Positions 41,775 to 52,733 of a stretch of DNA of 64,000 nt are shown piece by piece (the first letter of the stretch is position 1; each line of letters begins with the position of its first letter). Both the position numbers and the translations under genes were made by a program. The notes under the pieces are model-generated. The model was not told the origin of the DNA. It saw nothing but the letters and a program-made list of their open reading frames with translations, and made no database searches. Where the stretch lies: positions 59,334,001-59,398,000 of the forward strand of contig OX597817.1 of NCBI GenBank assembly GCA_951406725.2, in the 5' to 3' direction. The DNA is from Octopus vulgaris. Lineage: Eukaryota.

Positions 41775-42121
41775 TTCTTATTCTTGTTGAGGCGGCAAGC
41801 TGGCAGAAATGTTAGCACACCAGGCAAAATGTTTAGCGATATTTCATCTGTCTTTGCATTCTGAGTTCAAATTCCGCCGAGGTCGACTTTGCCTTTCATC
41901 CTTTCAGGGTCGATAAATTAAGTACCAGTTGTGTACTGCGGTCAATCTAATTGACTGGCTCCTTCACCCAAAATTTCAGGCCTTGTATCTAAAGTAGAAA
42001 AATATTATTATATGTATGTTTTTGCTGTTGCTTTTTTTTAATTATTATTTTGTTATTTCTCTTTTTGTTATTACAGAGTGATGGAAAGGAAGATGCCGAA
42101 CGCAAACTGTGGCAAGTGTGA
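26809..42121 (+). CDS. AMOT: Angiomotin-family protein (AMOT/AMOTL-like), 14 coding exons, about 722 aa; gene-level span
   Basis: Exons joined with GT-AG sites and consistent phases: 26809-26875, 29352-30036, 31839-32022, 32828-32972, 33747-33784, 34238-34307, 35197-35342, 36189-36341, 37308-37442, 38113-38168, 39015-39158, 39666-39886, 40762-40841, 42077-42121 (2169 nt, open to TGA). Contains RQEPQGEE, DPPPYP, PPPPEYP, EILDNALTNAQSNVVRLEEE, EKREQMEQQLRNKLEKEL, LEAEVAKWEQR and EKEAMVKALQ, which match angiomotin hallmarks as I recall them. Confidence 0.9.
27282..27504. mobile_element. Second copy of the piggyBac-like MITE, inserted at the TTAA of an RTE tail
   Basis: TTAA|CCCTTTTGATAC ... GTAACGAAAGGG|TTGA; interior highly similar to 33418-33640. 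Confidence 0.8.
29352..30036 (+). CDS. AMOT: Angiomotin-like coding exon 2 (RQEPQGEE, PPEY, RTRSQP)
   Basis: Overlaps the 215-aa ORF 29393-30040; acceptor tgttaag, donor TC|gtgagt; phases match the neighbouring exons. Confidence 0.9.
30341..30615 (+). mobile_element. Fold-back element inserted in (TA)n, Penelope-like
   Basis: 68-bp perfect inverted arms 30341-30408 / 30460-30527, then a degenerate hammerhead-like segment (tttacc...ggtaaa, 30531-30574); (TA)n on both sides. Confidence 0.6.
31839..32022 (+). CDS. AMOT: Angiomotin-like coding exon 3 (start of coiled coil)
   Basis: ttttcag|C ... AAG|gtgtgt; encodes ARTKHIVEILNNENRFLKEKL. Confidence 0.88.
32828..32972 (+). CDS. AMOT: Angiomotin-like coding exon 4
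   Basis: tttag|TGT ... G|gtaaaa; encodes CEDEISKVTEEYQTLEQKSRKIQQWEAAYRRKLEEENKK. Confidence 0.88.
33418..33640. mobile_element. piggyBac-like MITE (TTAA TSD)
   Basis: TTAA|CCCTTTCGTTAC ... GTAACGAAAGGG|TTAA. Confidence 0.85.
33747..33784 (+). CDS. AMOT: Angiomotin-like coding exon 5 (38 nt)
   Basis: tttctttcag|AA ... GAG|gtgagt; needed to restore phase between exons 4 and 6. Confidence 0.78.
34238..34307 (+). CDS. AMOT: Angiomotin-like coding exon 6
   Basis: attgcag|ATG ... A|gtacgt; encodes MSETDIRTELRKKEAIIANLMSV. Confidence 0.8.
34361..34525. repeat. (CAT)n/(CAC)n/(AAT)n microsatellite
   Basis: Seen directly in AMOT intron 6. Confidence 0.95.
35197..35342 (+). CDS. AMOT: Angiomotin-like coding exon 7
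   Basis: ttccacag|AC ... GAG|gtaatc; encodes QQRSEIEILDNALTNAQSNVVRLEEE. Confidence 0.92.
36189..36341 (+). CDS. AMOT: Angiomotin-like coding exon 8
   Basis: ttttag|TGT ... AAG|gtatta; encodes KKKQLYMDRLDQLQKAFVSLQMATEKREQMEQQLRNKLEKEL. Confidence 0.92.
37308..37442 (+). CDS. AMOT: Angiomotin-like coding exon 9
   Basis: taacag|GTC ... AAA|gtgagt; encodes LLQEKDTRMLQLEAEVAK. Confidence 0.9.
38113..38168 (+). CDS. AMOT: Angiomotin-like coding exon 10
   Basis: tttcag|TGG ... AG|gtaatc; encodes WEQRCLTES. Confidence 0.88.
39015..39158 (+). CDS. AMOT: Angiomotin-like coding exon 11
   Basis: tcacag|C ... AA|gtgagt; encodes EKLLAESKSEKLRHMEEAYQAKKKSTELEA. Confidence 0.88.
39666..39886 (+). CDS. 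AMOT: Angiomotin-like coding exon 12
   Basis: ttttag|A ... G|gtgagt; encodes VKELQTSLVEKEAMVKALQ. Confidence 0.88.
40762..40841 (+). CDS. AMOT: Angiomotin-like coding exon 13
   Basis: tatttcag|GC ... GAG|gtaaat; phase-compatible; low-complexity tail. Confidence 0.72.
41788..42000 (+). mobile_element. tRNA-derived SINE family 2. Other copies near 7643-7855, 30855-31060, 43580-43780, 44330-44543
   Basis: GGCGGCAAGCTGGCAGAA head, GAGTTCAAATTCC B box, central GCCTTTCATCCTTTCAGGGTCGATAAATTAAGTACC. Confidence 0.85.
42077..42121 (+). CDS. AMOT: Angiomotin-like last coding exon (SDGKEDAERKLWQV*)
   Basis: ttacag|AGT ... TGA; hydrophobic C-terminus W-Q-V resembles a class II PDZ ligand, as expected for motins. 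Confidence 0.78.
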   Translation, partial: SDGKEDAERKLWQV

Positions 42122-42399
42122 ACTTCGATAAGAACATCAAGAACATTTTGTCCTGATTGAACCTACTTTCACATTTCTGCAAGTTTATCTTGCTAAATGA
42201 TGGCAGTGCTGAATACTGCTCCTTTGGTATTGGTGTGGAGTGTGATGATCCTTCCAGGAATTTTACTCACACGCACGCACGCTCACACACACATATATAT
42301 ACATATATGATTATACATACGGTTGTATTTGCAAATATCTCTACTTGCAAAATAACTTTGCAGACATATTAAAAAGACCTCAATAACTAACATCCATTC

Positions 42400-42439
<40 letters not shown>

Positions 42440-45400
42440 GAGAAAGTACGTTGAGTAAAGTAATATTTGCAAAAAGCTGATATTTTACTAATATAATTGC
42501 AGGTTACACTTCCAGTCCTTGCTTTTATCATAGTATAGTTGTGAGTTAACAAACAACATACATCTATGCACACCCAAGATTCTACGCCACATAAATCATT
42601 ATATATATATATAGAGAGAGAGAGATTCAGATGAATATGGTACTTAAGTTAAAGGCACCAGAATTTGGTATGGTATTATCCATATAAATCAAATGGGGTG
42701 ATTATAATCAAAATAAGCAACAAGGATATCCAAGGTAGAGTAGTACAATTGTTTCATGCTACTTCATTTTATTAAACCCTTGTTGCTTATTTTGAGTATA
42801 TATATAATGTACGTTTGCCAACTTACTACTACTTGTGGTAACTCATTTGTATTAGTTTCAGCTTCTGTTATGTATATATGTATATATACACTCACACACA
42901 CATATATATGTATATGTGTATATATGATTCAGTGTGTGTGTGTATTTTATTGTTGTGTGTCTATGTGGAGTACCTACCGAAAGAAAAAGCAGTCGTAGTG
43001 TCATTGAAGATGTCTCTTGTATTCCGTTGCAGGATCAGCGGAAACAAACCCCACACACACACAAACATTAACTCAATCAAATAATGGAGAAAATAAAACT
43101 CCAAGAGTTATGTTTCTGTTAATTTATATTCTAACCATTTTAGCGTTTATATATATATATATATTATATATATATATATATTATAATTTTTTTTTTTGAA
43201 ATTCAATTTTTTTATTGCTGTGTGAGCCTGTTTTTTTTTTATTATAATTAATGTTTCGTTATTATTTTTTTAATTATTATTATTATTATTACTGTTATTG
43301 ACATGGTGATCAGTTGAGCATCTGATGAAATACCTTTGGGTAATTTTATTATGGTCGCCATTTTTATTAAAACAATCTGAGATTAAAATCTCACCAAGGT
43401 TGACTTATCCTTTCATTCTTTTAACAAGAATATATATTTATATATATGGATATATATAAAGAAAAAGGTACCAGTCAAATATTGGGGTCGATTCAATCAA
43501 CTATAATTTCCCACTCAAAAAAAAGGGAAAGAAAAAGTTTTGCGGCCTTATGTTATTCTGAGAAACCATTTTAAGGGCTGTGGATATGCAGAATTGGTAG
43601 AGCATCATACTAAATGTCTTGTGATAGTTTCAACTCTATGTTCTCACTTGAAATTCTGCTGAGGTCTACTTTGCCTTTCATCCTTACTGGGTAGATAAAA
43701 TTTAAAAAATACCAGTCTAGCACTGGGGTAGATATAATTGACAAGACTCCTTCCTCTAAATTTGAGGCACAGTGCCTATGTTACAACTAATTATTATTAT
43801 TATTATTATTGATGTCAAAAAAACTTCTTTTTTTTTTTTCCTGCAATATATCTAAAGGGTTGTGAGTGTCCAGTTCGCTCCATGGTGGCTGGTCTACCAT
43901 TGAGAGGAACTTTACTGTAAAAGAAAGAAATTGAGCAAAAAAAGAAAAAAGGATTTAATTTTGTAAAAACGAAAAACCTATTTTTATTTAATCTTTTGTA
44001 TAAAATAACCATTTTCAACCAGCCCCAGCTGCAGCAGCAGCAGTATATGATTTCTTCCCAATTCCCCTTCCATGCTGTGTGTGTGTTTTATCATCATCCG
44101 GTGTGACATCCTCAGATAAATATTTAGGGACAATGTTGTTTGTTGTCAGTTGAAAGCTGGATCCTGTTTTCTCTCTCTCTCTTACACACACACACACTCA
44201 ACTATCCTTATTCCACTGTTAGTTGAAAATCATAATTATACAGTTCTTTCAAGCACACACATGCATGTCCTTGTATATATATATATATGTGTGTGTGTGT
44301 ATATATACACATATATATACATATAGAAAGGCAGTGCGTTAGCAGAACCGTTAACATGCCAGGCAAGATGCTTCGTGGCATTTCACCCATCTTTACGTTT
44401 TCAGTTCAAATTCCGCCAAGGTCAACTTTCCCATTCATCCTTTCGGGGTCGATAAAATAAGTACCAGTTGAGTACTGGGGTCAATGAAATCGACTAGCCC
44501 CCACCTCGCCCAAAATTTCAAGCCTTGTGCCTACAGTAGAAGGATATATATATATATATCCTTCTACTGTAGGCACAAGAAAATGGAGAAACAAATTTAG
44601 TTTGTTCATCAACTTTCGGATATTATAATGTTGGATTATTTATTCATTTAACAAAATGAGAACATCAAAGATATAAGATAAGAATACAAATTAAAAAAGT
44701 CATAATATAAATTAAAGAAATCATTAAAATCACTTCTTACAGCTGTTTCAGCCTATGGCTAAAAGTAGATAATTTTATTTTCATTGCCTATATAAAGTGT
44801 GTGTTCTATATAAAGTGAGAGAGATGAAGGAGAAGAGACAGGGGTATGGATTCACAATTCCCACCTGCCGTTCTTTCAATAAGAACTGACCCCTAATCCT
44901 TGAAACTTTCAACTGTGGATGTCTTAAACAACATTGCCCATCATGTGTGTGTGTGCATGTGCCATGTGTCTGAAGATTTTTTTTTTTTTTAAAATCCATT
45001 TCACACTTTGTAAATAGATTTCTCTTAATCCCACTTCAAAAAAATATTTATCATTTGTACAGAATATTTGTAATAAACATTTTGAACGGAAAGGAAGAAA
45101 AAAAATCTGTATGAGACATCAGGTTTCATTGAATAATCTGTTATAAATTAAAATCATTAATTATTAATTTGCAATTGTATGTAAGCCTCCCCCCGCCCGC
45201 TCCTCCCCCTGTTGTCGTTCCCTTTACCTATTTATTGCCGACTTGCAGGCAAGTTTCTGTTTTTTGACTTGTACCAAGTTTCACTAATGACTAATATAAT
45301 GTTTGGAATGACCACCTTCCCCAGATGGATTGTCTTTGCTTCATTTTAAGGAGCTACAAAAAAAAATAATAAAATTAGATAAAGGCATCAAGAAGTTTGA

Positions 45401-46790
45401 TTATAACAATCAGGATTGTTGCAGTTCTTTTGGATTTAAAGAAATCTTACTTAGTGATGGACATTAGAATGATATATATATATATATATATGTATCTATA
45501 TATATTAGTTTATTAAATTTTGTTACATTCAAATGGTATTTAGAAAAAATATTAGTTGTTTTGTTTTGTTTCTTGTTTGTTTTTTTTATGTGTCTCTCCA
45601 AAATGCTTTGTAAATTCATTAATAGAATGGAAACTACTTAAACGAGAGACAACCGGACAATGTTTTCCTCTTTGTGTGATTCTGTGAGGGTTTTTGGGTT
45701 TAGTGTCTCTTGGAATTGGTTTGCCTTTTGCAGGAACTGCAATGGCTACTTGGAGGTTTTGTAAGCTCTTCTAAACCCACCACAAACGTTGGAAACCCTC
45801 TCATGTCAACAGGTATCTCAGGGTCACAAGTGAAGCATCAAGGACTGATTTCAGTCTTTTCCTGTAAAAATTTGCTCCATATTTTTTTGTCTTTCTACAG
45901 AAACATTTCATTAAATCGTAAGAAAGACTGACAGAAAAACCCATTTATCTCATGCCTACAGGTTCTTGAAGCTGTGGATAAACATGATTTTCAAGGCTTG
46001 AAGGATGAAAGGAGAACACTATTTCCTTAATGTTGTCCAGATGCCATTGCTACTTATTAATTAATATTTTAATCTAATTATAATCTCACTCCAAAAACGC
46101 CTTCATTTATATATATTTTAAGACAGAATATAGTAAGCTTTCTTGTTAAAGAATCTGCAACTCAAGTTAGTCTAAAAGTGATAAAATAGTTTGGCAATTT
46201 ACCCGAAATAGGAATTATCCTTCCAAAGTACAGGTACAACGTCAATCTCCTGGAACTTTTGCTTCCAAAACCTTTCTGGATGATTGATTTTCCAAACCAG
46301 AGGCAGTTGGTCACCTTGGTCAATGAGCTCTAAATTAACTGATTATTGAATAATTATGTGAAAAAGATTCTTGTGCATTAGTGTAAATTAATGCCGATGA
46401 TAGGAAGTTCTGAATTGTCGCTGTCCAGAAAGTTAACGTTGTACTTGCATTTTTTTTTTTTTAATCTTTATGTGAAAGGGGAGAATCCAGCAATCAAAAA
46501 TATAACCAAACAAAGCAGGTTACTTTGTTTTGGTACCTGGGATTGTACCCCTATATACCCTCTACCCAAACTTCAGTACTTTAACAGTCAATGAAATTAA
46601 ATGAACAACTGCTGATTAAAAGAGAAAAAAAAAATGGAACAATTTAAAGGAACCTGATTTCTGAAATACATTTTGGTTTTCTGTGTAAATGCGATGAATT
46701 CATAAAGTTGTTTTTTTTTATGTATCAAATATATTTTCACTGGGAAATGTTGTAAACATGTGAAAATAAAAATAATTTTTCATGAAAATC
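42122..46790 (+). other. Probable long 3' UTR of the angiomotin-like gene
   Basis: AU-rich sequence after the stop; AATAAA at 45072-45077 and 46765-46770; Pumilio-type TGTAAATA at 45009-45016. The end point is uncertain. Confidence 0.4.
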
Positions 46791-47361
46791 TGTCATCTTG
46801 TTATTTTTAAATTGCAAAAAGAAAATGTGGGAATGGTTGTGTGGTTAAGGATCTCACTTTACAACCACGTGGTTTCAGGTTCAGTTCCAATGCATGGTAC
46901 CCTGAGAAAGTGTTTTTTTTTATAGCTGCAGACCAATGTTGTGAGTGAATTTGCTAGGCAGAAACTGCAAGGAAGCCTCTCATATGCATGCATGTGTATG
47001 TTTTTTACTGTCCCTTGCCTTGGCATAACATAAGAGTTGTAAATGTGTGTCACCATCCTGCAAGCAGAGTTCTTCATTACCAAGATCAAAATTTCTCCTT
47101 TTGGCTTACGGACAAAGATGACAAGGAAGATACTCAGTCCAAGAAAAAGAGATGTGATTAAGGATGCCATTAATTCCAGTTTTCCCTCAAGACAAATTAC
47201 TGGTTCATAGCATTACCTGTGAATTAATCTCCACACCTTCAAATTACATTGGAATAAATATATAATAATGAACTTACCATATTCAGGTACTCGGGTTCAC
47301 AACTTATCAGAGAAGGTCAGCAAAGGGCATGCACAATACTTATTCAGCAACAGTACTTTGT

Positions 47362-47667
47362 AGTAAAGATTTTTGCCAACATAACATGGCATTCCTGGTT
47401 TAGGACGAATGTTGCTGTAATTTAGCCCCAGGAGACATCGTCTCCAACTGGCTATATGACATGATCTGTGTCCTTATATTTTTGAACAAAGGAACCTAGT
47501 GCCCCTACTCAGCCCAAAACAATATCTGTGCTAGATTCCCTTGTTCGAAAATATAAGGACACAGAGTGTCATATAGCCAGCTGGAGATGATGTCTGCTGG
47601 GGATAAATTACAGTAACATTCATCCTAAACCAGGGCTGTCGTGTTATGTTGGCAAACAATCTTTACT
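47362..47667. mobile_element. MITE with about 135-bp imperfect TIRs
   Basis: agtaaagatttttgccaacataac...cctag / ctag...gttatgttggcaaacaatctttact around a spacer of about 30 bp. Confidence 0.75.
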
Positions 47668-49089
47668 CCATGAAAAGTTTTACCTTAAATTTCTTTTCTA
47701 GTCTAAGCCACAAAAGCATAGCAAAGCAGATGTAACCCTTTTCATGTTCTGTGTGTTACATGTGGTACCCAGAACATATTTCCCTGGTGTCCATACATCA
47801 TTTAAGATACACATTTCCAGCTCCTTTTCTTTCTTTTTTTTTTTATCTTTTTGACCACCGGAGCAACTTGGGATTTATAAAAAGAAAACTCTGTATCATT
47901 CAGAACATATAAAACGTGTGAAAACAAGGATTGGACGTTTGGGACAAACTTATGAAAATGCTTGGGATAGGCAAAGGGTTAAGCAAATCATCATCATCAT
48001 CATTTAACGTCCATTGTCCATGTTGGCATGGGTTGGACAGTGTGACCAGGGCTGGCAAGCTGGAAGGCTGCATCAGACCCCAGTCCGATTTGGGATGGTT
48101 TCTACAGATCGATGCCTTTCCTAATGCCAACCACTGCAAGAGTGCAATGGGTGATATTATGTGCCATCAGCACGAGTGCCATTTGTGTGACACCAGTATC
48201 TGCCACGACTGCGATTTTGCTCAGCTTGATGGGTCTTCTTCTCAAGCACGACGACATAATGCCAAAGTGCTCGACCCTTGCCTCCGTAAGGCCCAACAAT
48301 CGGCCACTTTGAACAAACTAATTGTCATAACTAAAATTCTATTCGTCAGAGAGGGAAGGTGCATGGCTTAGTGGTTAGAGGTATTTGGCTCTCAATCATA
48401 TGGTCAGGAATTCGATTCCTTGCAGTGCATTGTGTCCTTGAGCAAGACACTTTGCTCCTGTCCACTCAGCTGCCTGTAACTTAAAGGGCAAGCTTTGTCA
48501 CACTAGATCTCCCTGAGAACGTTATGGTTACGTGTGTCGGTGGATTGCGCAGCCACATGCACGTTAATTTCACGAACAGACCAGCGACGGAGTGCCCAGT
48601 TATTAGTCATTGACTGTAATTGTCTTTTCTTCATCGAGTAATTCTGTGATTAGTATTTTAATGCCCCCCACCCCCGTTCCTTGGATATGGCGACGTTGAT
48701 TTCACTATTAGAATTCATGCGGAGTGCATCCCAGGCAATAAGCGTTCGTAGTTTCTTCTCTAAAAACTAAGCTTGGGGGAGACGGTGGGGAAGGAGGAAT
48801 GCGTGTAAGGGAGACAACTTCATCCTTGATACACGATGTTCAAGGGAGACAATCCATAATGCGAAAGTGGCTACAAGAGAAATTGTTGGACCATGAAACC
48901 ATATCTTCAACATAAAGGTTTTAGATATTTTTCTTTTTTTGGTTTCTTTGTTGGTGGCCTCAGTCACTGGATTGACGTTACGCTGAACCACTACCTCGAA
49001 GGGTTTAGCTGATTAACTCCAGTGTTTATTTTGTAGCAACAACTGAATAGAACGAGTAGAAAAGCTAAAGTGACAACACACACACGCAC

Positions 49090-49830
49090 TAATATATCGA
49101 TGGGAAGATCATGTTTGGAATCATTGCCTGGCGAATCACAAGATTCGTACAGTATAACGGATATGTTAATGAAGCAGTCCAGAAGGCAAGGATCCCTGGA
49201 ATTCCTGGATACATAGAACATGCATTTGCCATCAGGGAAGTTATCACCTGTGCAAAACTGATGAAAAACCTGTACATTGTACGGCTAGATCTTGCCAATT
49301 CGAGCAGTTATGGACTTCTTTTGGATTCCAGATGTTCAACGAATGCTGATGTGTTACTACAACAACTTGAAGATGAGATTTACAGCAGGAAAGTTCACAA
49401 CGGAGTGGCGACGGCTAGAAGTAGGAATTGCAGCTGGATGCACGATATCAGTCATTTGTGCTGGTCATGGAGATGTTACTAAGATCTACAAACTGTGGGA
49501 AATCTGTTACAAGGACACCATTAAGGGCTTTTATGGATGACATAACGGTATTATCAGAGAGTAAAGAAGCAGCAATTGGACGAACGAACAGGATGGGTGA
49601 GAATGAAATTCAAAGCCAAAGAATCTCGAAGCGTGGCTTTTGTGAAAGGAAGGCAAGAAGAAGTGAAATGCAGGATAGGAGGTGAAGATGTACCAACGGT
49701 GAAAGAACAACCAGTAAAGATTCTCGGCAGATGGTAAAGAGATTTATTAAATAAGAAGGAAAGCAAAGAAACACACGATTTAGTGGAACATGGACTAAAG
49801 GCAATTGACGGAACAGCATCACCACAGAAA
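49090..49830 (+). pseudogene. Decayed non-LTR reverse transcriptase fragment (Hero/NeSL, R2 group)
   Basis: Frameshifted pieces QKARIPGIPGYIEH, RLDLAN, FTTEWRRLEVGIAAGCTISVI, LRAFMDDITVL, MKFKAKESRS, VPTVKEQPVKILG. Confidence 0.8.
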
Positions 49831-50130
49831 TTCAGTTTGACAGAACATGTCTCACTGACGTTTTCTCTTCGCATCTACATTCAGCAGTCGTTTGTATGTT
49901 CCACCAGACTAAATTCCCCAGTGAAGGGAAAACATCGAAGGTAGACTTGACCAGGAAGGTTGTTCTTGCTTGTTCCCAGGTCCAAAGTGCCTTCCATGAG
50001 ATCCTGAAACTGACCATCATATTCCTCCCATCTTAGGCACTGTCCCACCATATATATATATATATATAAATGTGTATATATACATACACATGTATATATA
50101 TGCATATATACATACACATGTGTATGTATG

Positions 50131-50170
<40 letters not shown>

Positions 50171-50681
50171 CATATACATGTGTATGTATACACACACATA
50201 TATATATGAATAAGAAAACGGATAAGAAACATATATATAAGAATAAAAGAATCATCCATAACTTGCAATAAGCAACATTAAATGTTTTTACTGTTATTTC
50301 TATATTTTCTGCAAACAAAATGCACAAAAATGCTACACGTTTGCATTATGTTATATATACAATAATAAGGGACGTTACCGTATACATTTTTACAAACCAA
50401 GGACATTATATAGACCTCCTTGGCTCAAGTTAGAGAAGGGGTGCGTATTATACACAAGGTTTAGGTTTTTCAGAGGTACAGCCCCCTAAAAATCCCTTGC
50501 ATATTATACTCAAGGGCGGACTATACTCGAGGATTTACAGTATACACATTAAACTATGGTTTACCTTTTAAATTACCTGCAGCTGTATACCTTATACCAA
50601 GGGCCATACTTACAGAGGTAATTACCAGGAGTGCCTCTGGATACTTCTATCCCTTAGAAGGCTAAATACCTCTAACTTATA

Positions 50682-50707
50682 CCTTATATATATATATATT
50701 CTTTATA

Positions 50708-50739
<32 letters not shown>

Positions 50740-50746
50740 CTTTATA

Positions 50747-50778
<32 letters not shown>

Positions 50779-50785
50779 CTTTATA

Positions 50786-50824
<39 letters not shown>

Positions 50825-50830
50825 TTTATA

Positions 50831-50893
<63 letters not shown>

Positions 50894-50899
50894 TTTATA

Positions 50900-50939
<40 letters not shown>

Positions 50940-50962
50940 TTATATATATATATATATATATA
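50682..50962. repeat. Compound (TA)n minisatellite with TTCTTTATATATTT spacers
   Basis: About five spacer units separated by variable (TA)n. Confidence 0.92.
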
Positions 50963-51401
50963 CATGACCTTCGAATGTTGGGCCTCACAGAGGCAATGAC
51001 GAAAGACCGAGATCTCTGGAGATATGCTGTGACTGCAAAGACCTGACAAATAATGTGAGTTCATGGCTGCCTCCTGCATCAGTTTCACATAGCCCCAGCC
51101 CATCCAAAGTACCTTGGATTGCAGAACGACCTACTGTGCTTACCTTGGATCGTAGGGTGACCAGCTGTGCTTGAGGAGACCTATTGAGTCAAGTACATCA
51201 ACATCAAAAAATCAAATGGAAATTGTAGTTGTGATACCTGTGCCAGTGGCACGTAAAAAGCACCCACGGAGTGGTTGGCGTTAGGAAGGGCATCCAGATC
51301 AGACTGGAGCCTGGTGCAGCCACCTGGCTTCCCAGACCCCGGTCGAACCGTCCAACCCGTGCTAGCATGGAAAACGGACGTTAAACAATGATGATGATGA
51401 T
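50963..51401 (+). mobile_element. 5'-truncated RTE-type LINE 3' end. Related copies near 27950-28155, 35500-35765, 39256-39580, 47988-48310, 51830-52272, 55340-55610, 59621-59820, 61543-61947
   Basis: ORF end [22 protein letters not shown] (RTE-like DRxxWR), then a 3' UTR with GGCGTTAGGAAGGGCATCCAG and a GGACGTTAAAC(A/G)ATGATGATG tail. Confidence 0.75.
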
Positions 51402-52556
51402 ATATTCTTTAGTTTCTTTCTGTGGAAGAGCATAGGCTCAAAACGTTAAAGACTTTTTCAATTCCTGAGCGTTATACTAATACATCTGTTTGTTGTCTAC
51501 ACCACCTGTCTTCGTATTTTGTTTTTTGAATTTTCTTCCTATATATATATATCTCAACAGATAGATAGATAGATAGATAGGTTTAAGAGACAGAACCACC
51601 TTCAAGCAATTTAAACAACATTGAACGACATTATCCACGATAGAGATATATAAGATTAAATTTTATCAAAATTAATATCTACAATTCTTATTCTGAATCC
51701 TATATTAAATTATATAGACTACGCACATTTCATGACAATATCTATCGGTATTGCTGAAATAGAAGGTCTTGAAATTCAATACCCTATCAATCCGACTATA
51801 CTGCCAATTCTCCCACTAAATATATATAAGACCCAGCAGGACAAGTGAGACCATAACCCGTGGCCTCTACATGGGATGTAGCCAGTCCACTTATGCATAC
51901 CTTTCCTTCTTGGGACACAATACTCTACTTATGAAGACCTGTTGAGGCAAGTGAGAATCGAAATCGATCAACATCAATGGAAATTGAAGGTATGATACTA
52001 GTGCCGGTGGCACATAAGAGAACCATCCAAACGTGGCTGTTGCCAGCGCCACCTCGACTGGCCTCGTGCCAGTGGCATGTAAAAAGCACCAACCGATCGT
52101 GGCTGCTGCCAGCCTTGCCTGGCAGCTGTGCCGGTGGCACGTAAAAAGCACCCACTACACTCACGGAGTGGTTGGCGTTAGGAAGGGCATCCAGCCTTCT
52201 GGCTTCCCAAACCCCAGTTGAACCGTCCAACCCATGCTAGCATGGAAAGCGGACGCTAAACGATGATGATGATATATATACACACAATTGACTTGTTGCA
52301 GCTTCCATCCAGCAAATCCACTCACAAGGCTTATAGTAGAAGACACTTGTCAAAGGTTCCCCACAGTGAGACTGGGCTTGAAACAATGAGACTGGGGAGC
52401 AAACATGAAGGAGCCATGCTTACACCAAATATAAATGAAAATCCAACCCAAGGTTAAAGGAATGACACTGAAGACAGAAATGGGAAAGAAAAATATATTT
52501 ACATAAAAGACAAATACAAAGAATGAGATGCGAGCGAAAGCAGTTGGAATTTGAGG

Positions 52557-52733
52557 TTATTTAGTCGTCGCATATTTAATTTCATCAAAAGCCTTCCTGG
52601 CTTTTCTTAATTCTTCATTCATTGTTAGCAGTTCTTTGACACGGGAATATTTTTTGGCATCTTTCCGAATCAAAAAGATAATATCTTCTACCTGAATTCG
52701 ACCAGGACGTCCGACTTCCATAGCTTTTTTAGT
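52557..52733 (-). CDS. TAF13: TAF13 exon 4
   Basis: ttgcag|ACT ... TAA; encodes GRIQVEDIIFLIRKD...RVKELLTMNEELRKARKAFDE. Confidence 0.95.
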   Translation of the reverse strand, partial: TKKAMEVGRPGRIQVEDIIFLIRKDAKKYSRVKELLTMNEELRKARKAFDEIKYATTK

